The notes under the pieces were generated by a model. It made no database searches and was not told the origin of the DNA. It saw only the letters and a program-made list of their open reading frames with translations. A stretch of DNA of 36,485 bases from assembly GCA_002256025.1 (NCBI GenBank), contig NKIB01015337.1, positions 1 through 36,485 of the forward strand, written 5' to 3'. The position numbers were made by a program, and so were the translations under genes. This document shows positions 32,899-36,485 of the stretch, in pieces. How positions within the stretch are numbered: position 1 is the first letter of the stretch; every line of letters starts with the position of its first letter. The stretch is from Asterionella formosa (lineage: Eukaryota).

Positions 32899-35787
32899 AT
32901 GAAGTACACTGCGTTTCACGCTGACCAGTTCCGACGGGATGTCGATTTGGCATTAAAGTCCGTCCAACAGATTCTCGACACGACCCGAATACCGCGCTAC
33001 GCCCAAGACATTACGGAGCATTCGTACGACGACAAGTATGCGCTGGCGGAGTCATTGGTCAACACGGCCATTAGCGCTCACATGAATGTTCTCGAACGAA
33101 TGGGTCTCACTAAGGAAAAGCTGAAGCAATTTCAAGAACTAGTGCAGGTCGACAGGCGAACAGTGACTCTGTGCTTGGACTCTCACGATACGTGCCACTT
33201 TCTTAAGGAGCAAACTGTCGTTTCCCCGTCGTCTGGAGGAGAACGGGTTATCGAGACGTCGACGCAGTCGACAGGATTCTTTGGTGGGACGGCAGCCAGA
33301 AAAGATGAAGTCAAACTGAGCGTTAGGACTGTTGTCAAGGAGTATCATTGGAAAGTTGGCTTCAACTACAGAATTTATGCCTATGTTGGAAACGAACCAA
33401 CCAACAAACCCATCGAGCTTCAGAGCCGCTCATCTTCGTCTGTCATTATAACAAAAGGTGTAAAGGAAGCGCCTTTTCCTGAAAGAACAAATCATCCGCC
33501 AATCGCGACACTCTTGACGTGGATCCTGCAACGGATCTCCATGGACAAACTTGGGTGCACATTCAAGATAAATCGATCCAAGAACACCTGCAAGACTCCA
33601 GTTCACAATGAATGTACCAATGCGGCCATGTCCTTCTTTCATGACATGAGTAAGTGGTCTCATAAATGCTCACGACACTTCATTGATCGCATCGACTACC
33701 AAATCATGGGCAGGCACGTTCCAAGCACCACTGGAGTACCACAGGCCAAGCAGGATCTACAGTCCATCAGGAGCACTTCCATTTTCTGTCCGATTTTACC
33801 TCTAATGGAAATTCCTCGTGAAAGGGCTGGTACAGCTGTTTCTCTAGAAAATCCAAAGTCCATGTTAGTCTTGAATTCGCATGGGTTGAACGATTCGACA
33901 TCTCCTCTTTTATCAGTGAGTGACATTGACAGCCTTTTGAATGAACAGATTAGAACCTTGGATGAGCAGTTGCTATTGTTGCAATCATCTTATCCTTCCC
34001 ATCAGCTTGTGAAAATTGTGACTGTGGCGGAAGCAAGCTTAGTCGTTCTTTGGTTACATATAAGTGATCTTCTTAGGTACCTTGAAAATGGCATTGGATA
34101 CATTGAAGACATGTTGAAGAACCAGCTCATCGCAGCAATTGGGAAGGAAGTTCATCAAAAGGAATTTGATCTGTTCATGTCCTTCCATAACCAAAGATTT
34201 TTCGCAAACAAGTATGCACCGAAGCCATTTTGCTACGCCATTCGACGACCCGACCACTATCCTGATGGAATCCTCGCCATAGAGCGAACGTCTGACTCCC
34301 GAGATACTCTCGAGCCCGTTGAAACATTTGTTCAAATGATCTCAGGGAAATCTGCTCCGTCGATGTTCATTCCCATCAATGCAGCCACTTCCATTGAAAT
34401 GACTGGTCCACGCTTTCTCCACGGTTGGATACAACATAGATTTGCTTCGTCTCCCAATCCACCGCAATTCAGCTTGACGGCTCGGGCCCGTCAATTTTCT
34501 AGTTTCATGTTGATGATAGGCGTAATGGCTGGCTCGAATAAGTTTAATCCCAAGGAAGCCATCATTCTTCAAAACAAGGATGAGCTCTTGATTCCGCTTA
34601 TACTCAATGATCTGCCAACTGCCAAGGAATTCAAGGATGCAATTGCTTCGTTAAGTCCGGAGCAGAGGCGCTTCGCGATAGCCTTTCGCGGTATGCAACT
34701 GGAGTCGTCACTTTTTGGAGTGTGTGTCGTGCAGCTGAAGCCTCAATTGGAAGTGTTGCTTGGTCTTCCCGAAGATGCTTTGACCAAGGAAATTGGTTTG
34801 ACACAAGACTTGATGGCCTTGTTTGTTGATTACCAGATTCCGTCGGACTTGTTGTCTTTTGATGGCGACGAGGGTGCGACTCTAGCAGACAAAGTTGCAG
34901 TCGTCAAGAAGTATGTCAAGGGAGTGATGGATGTGATTGTTGACGCCAAAGCCAAACAACTTGAAGAAGCGAATCAAAAAGCGAAAATGAACGTTCAAAG
35001 AATTGTGGCGAATGTGAAGCAACCCCTAGGATCGTATGGCTCATCTGACTCTTTTGGAACCGGATCACCGGCTGGTAGGGATTTTGATTCGCCTGTATTG
35101 AGGATGGCATGCATGTCCGCGCCATCACATCCACGGGATGCTCCGACTCCAACGCAGCCTATGCAGCGAAAACAAAGGAGCATGAATGCTTCAGAAGGTC
35201 CTCGATCTCAACAAAGTTTGAGAAATGAGGATCCAAATGTATTCCAATCACTCCAGATATTAGAAGATTCATCGAATGCTATTGTGCAGCCACCAGCAAC
35301 CGCTGTTCCTTGCAAAGCAAGTGGTGCCCTTGACTTCACCATGATTCCAAAACAACTAGACGCCAAGTTTGATAAATACGACAATGAAAACTCGATTCGA
35401 TCCACCATAATTGAAGCTGGCAAGGCGTGGACAAGGAAGCGACAGGAGAACCTTCTGACTAAAATTTGCGAAACCTCTCTCTCCTTTGATGACACCAAGT
35501 CGGAACAGAAGAAAGCATTCGATCTCTTGGATGCTTTGAGTCGGAGTGGCACTCTCCCAATTGCATGTGCAGAACTTCATGTAGTCGTTGCGGTCACCCA
35601 TTGCTTTGAAAATGATGTCATGGGTACCGTGATTCAAGACAATTTAAACCCTATTGAAAAGGTTGAAAAGTCATCACTGCTGGTTGCTTCTACTATTTAT
35701 GGTAGCAACACTGCAGAATTGATCAATACCCAATCCGACAGTACCAGGTTGAGCATATCCTTCCCTGAGTTGTTTGTATCCGAATGA
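32899..35787 (+). CDS. Uncharacterised 962-aa protein (resembles a conserved protist family of unknown function)
   Basis: Uninterrupted ORF with first ATG at 32899 (the track start is TTG). Globular composition, with blocks such as PFCYAIRRPDHYPDG, LTARARQFSSF, ILQNKDEL, LSPEQRRFAIAFRGMQLES, YQIPSDLLSF and AFDLLDALSRSG. Function not recognised. Confidence 0.88.
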   Translation: MKYTAFHADQFRRDVDLALKSVQQILDTTRIPRYAQDITEHSYDDKYALAESLVNTAISAHMNVLERMGLTKEKLKQFQELVQVDRRTVTLCLDSHDTCHFLKEQTVVSPSSGGERVIETSTQSTGFFGGTAARKDEVKLSVRTVVKEYHWKVGFNYRIYAYVGNEPTNKPIELQSRSSSSVIITKGVKEAPFPERTNHPPIATLLTWILQRISMDKLGCTFKINRSKNTCKTPVHNECTNAAMSFFHDMSKWSHKCSRHFIDRIDYQIMGRHVPSTTGVPQAKQDLQSIRSTSIFCPILPLMEIPRERAGTAVSLENPKSMLVLNSHGLNDSTSPLLSVSDIDSLLNEQIRTLDEQLLLLQSSYPSHQLVKIVTVAEASLVVLWLHISDLLRYLENGIGYIEDMLKNQLIAAIGKEVHQKEFDLFMSFHNQRFFANKYAPKPFCYAIRRPDHYPDGILAIERTSDSRDTLEPVETFVQMISGKSAPSMFIPINAATSIEMTGPRFLHGWIQHRFASSPNPPQFSLTARARQFSSFMLMIGVMAGSNKFNPKEAIILQNKDELLIPLILNDLPTAKEFKDAIASLSPEQRRFAIAFRGMQLESSLFGVCVVQLKPQLEVLLGLPEDALTKEIGLTQDLMALFVDYQIPSDLLSFDGDEGATLADKVAVVKKYVKGVMDVIVDAKAKQLEEANQKAKMNVQRIVANVKQPLGSYGSSDSFGTGSPAGRDFDSPVLRMACMSAPSHPRDAPTPTQPMQRKQRSMNASEGPRSQQSLRNEDPNVFQSLQILEDSSNAIVQPPATAVPCKASGALDFTMIPKQLDAKFDKYDNENSIRSTIIEAGKAWTRKRQENLLTKICETSLSFDDTKSEQKKAFDLLDALSRSGTLPIACAELHVVVAVTHCFENDVMGTVIQDNLNPIEKVEKSSLLVASTIYGSNTAELINTQSDSTRLSISFPELFVSE

Positions 35788-36220
35788 GGTGACGTTTATT
35801 TCATAGTGAGAGTGTCTGGTTTTTATGGCTGAGGCGGTATACTCGTACCAAAGCTTTCGAATAAATAAGTACCAAACATTCCCTACCACTTTCCTCGTTG
35901 TCTACGAGAAATGGAAATAAAGATAGCAACTTCCATTTCGTTTCTTTCCGCTAATACACTTTTGCTGATTTATTCCCTTCTAGTGATGTAGGCAACAGTT
36001 CACCGGTATCATCGCTTAATTTATTTTTGTTTGTATCTGTTTTATTCAATAATTTTTGCCTTCAGTCTTCCAATTATTTCGCACATTGTCTTTACGTAGA
36101 CTATGGAACAGAATTGGTGGTACCAGTAGTGTTTTCTATCAATACCCGGGAAAAGGCTATACAACCTTCTATTGAACATATACAAACAGGGGATACAATA
36201 AAGTTAAGATAGGAATATAA

Positions 36221-36425
36221 GGGTCGTTCTTATCATTCCGAATTTGCTGTATCATTTCCGGGTTGCGGGCAAAAAGTGACGGTTGGTATCAAAACACGGT
36301 ATCAGCAACGGTAACTTGATGGTATCAATTTTGTATCATTGATACAAAATTGATACCTTTTTTTGCCCCCTCCAAAAACGGTATCAGTGATACTGACGTT
36401 TTCACGCGGGTATCATTTCCGTTGT
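36221..36425. repeat. GGTATCA/TGATAC-rich segment with perfect 18-bp palindrome; possible DNA-transposon/MITE terminus
   Basis: GGTATCAATTTTGTATCA-T-TGATACAAAATTGATACC at 36321-36357. About 10 GTATCA/TGATAC motifs in about 180 bp. GTATCATTTCCG occurs twice (36249, 36410). Confidence 0.65.
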
Positions 36426-36485
36426 CACTAATAAAATAACCGAAAATAAGCCTGCAAGGCAAGGCACCAGTGATAATATAAATGG

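Overview
Eukaryotic genomic DNA, most likely a (pennate) diatom. This is inferred from short GT-AG introns, a mitochondrially targeted enolase, a diatom-style type II LRR protein and a CoDi-like copia element. Nine intact protein-coding genes can be modelled: a 4-exon putatively myristoylated unknown protein, NF-YC, an LRR membrane protein, a glutaredoxin-DEP-DUF547 protein, enolase, MsrB, a Tubby-like protein, acetyl-CoA synthetase and a 962-aa unknown protein. A roughly 10 kb decayed block (about 22-32 kb) holds an internally deleted pogo-like transposase, a 5'-truncated Ty1/copia element with its 3' LTR, and a multi-exon pseudogene. The main signal missed by the ORF track is that MsrB has an in-frame TGA exactly at its catalytic position (RH-U-VNS), plus a candidate SECIS in its 3' UTR, so it is very probably a selenoprotein. 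Other points of interest are possible dual targeting of enolase, (TACCWGG)n palindromic arrays upstream of several genes, and a GGTATCA-rich palindromic element end at the right edge. All assignments come from reading the sequence and from motif recall; no database searches were run.
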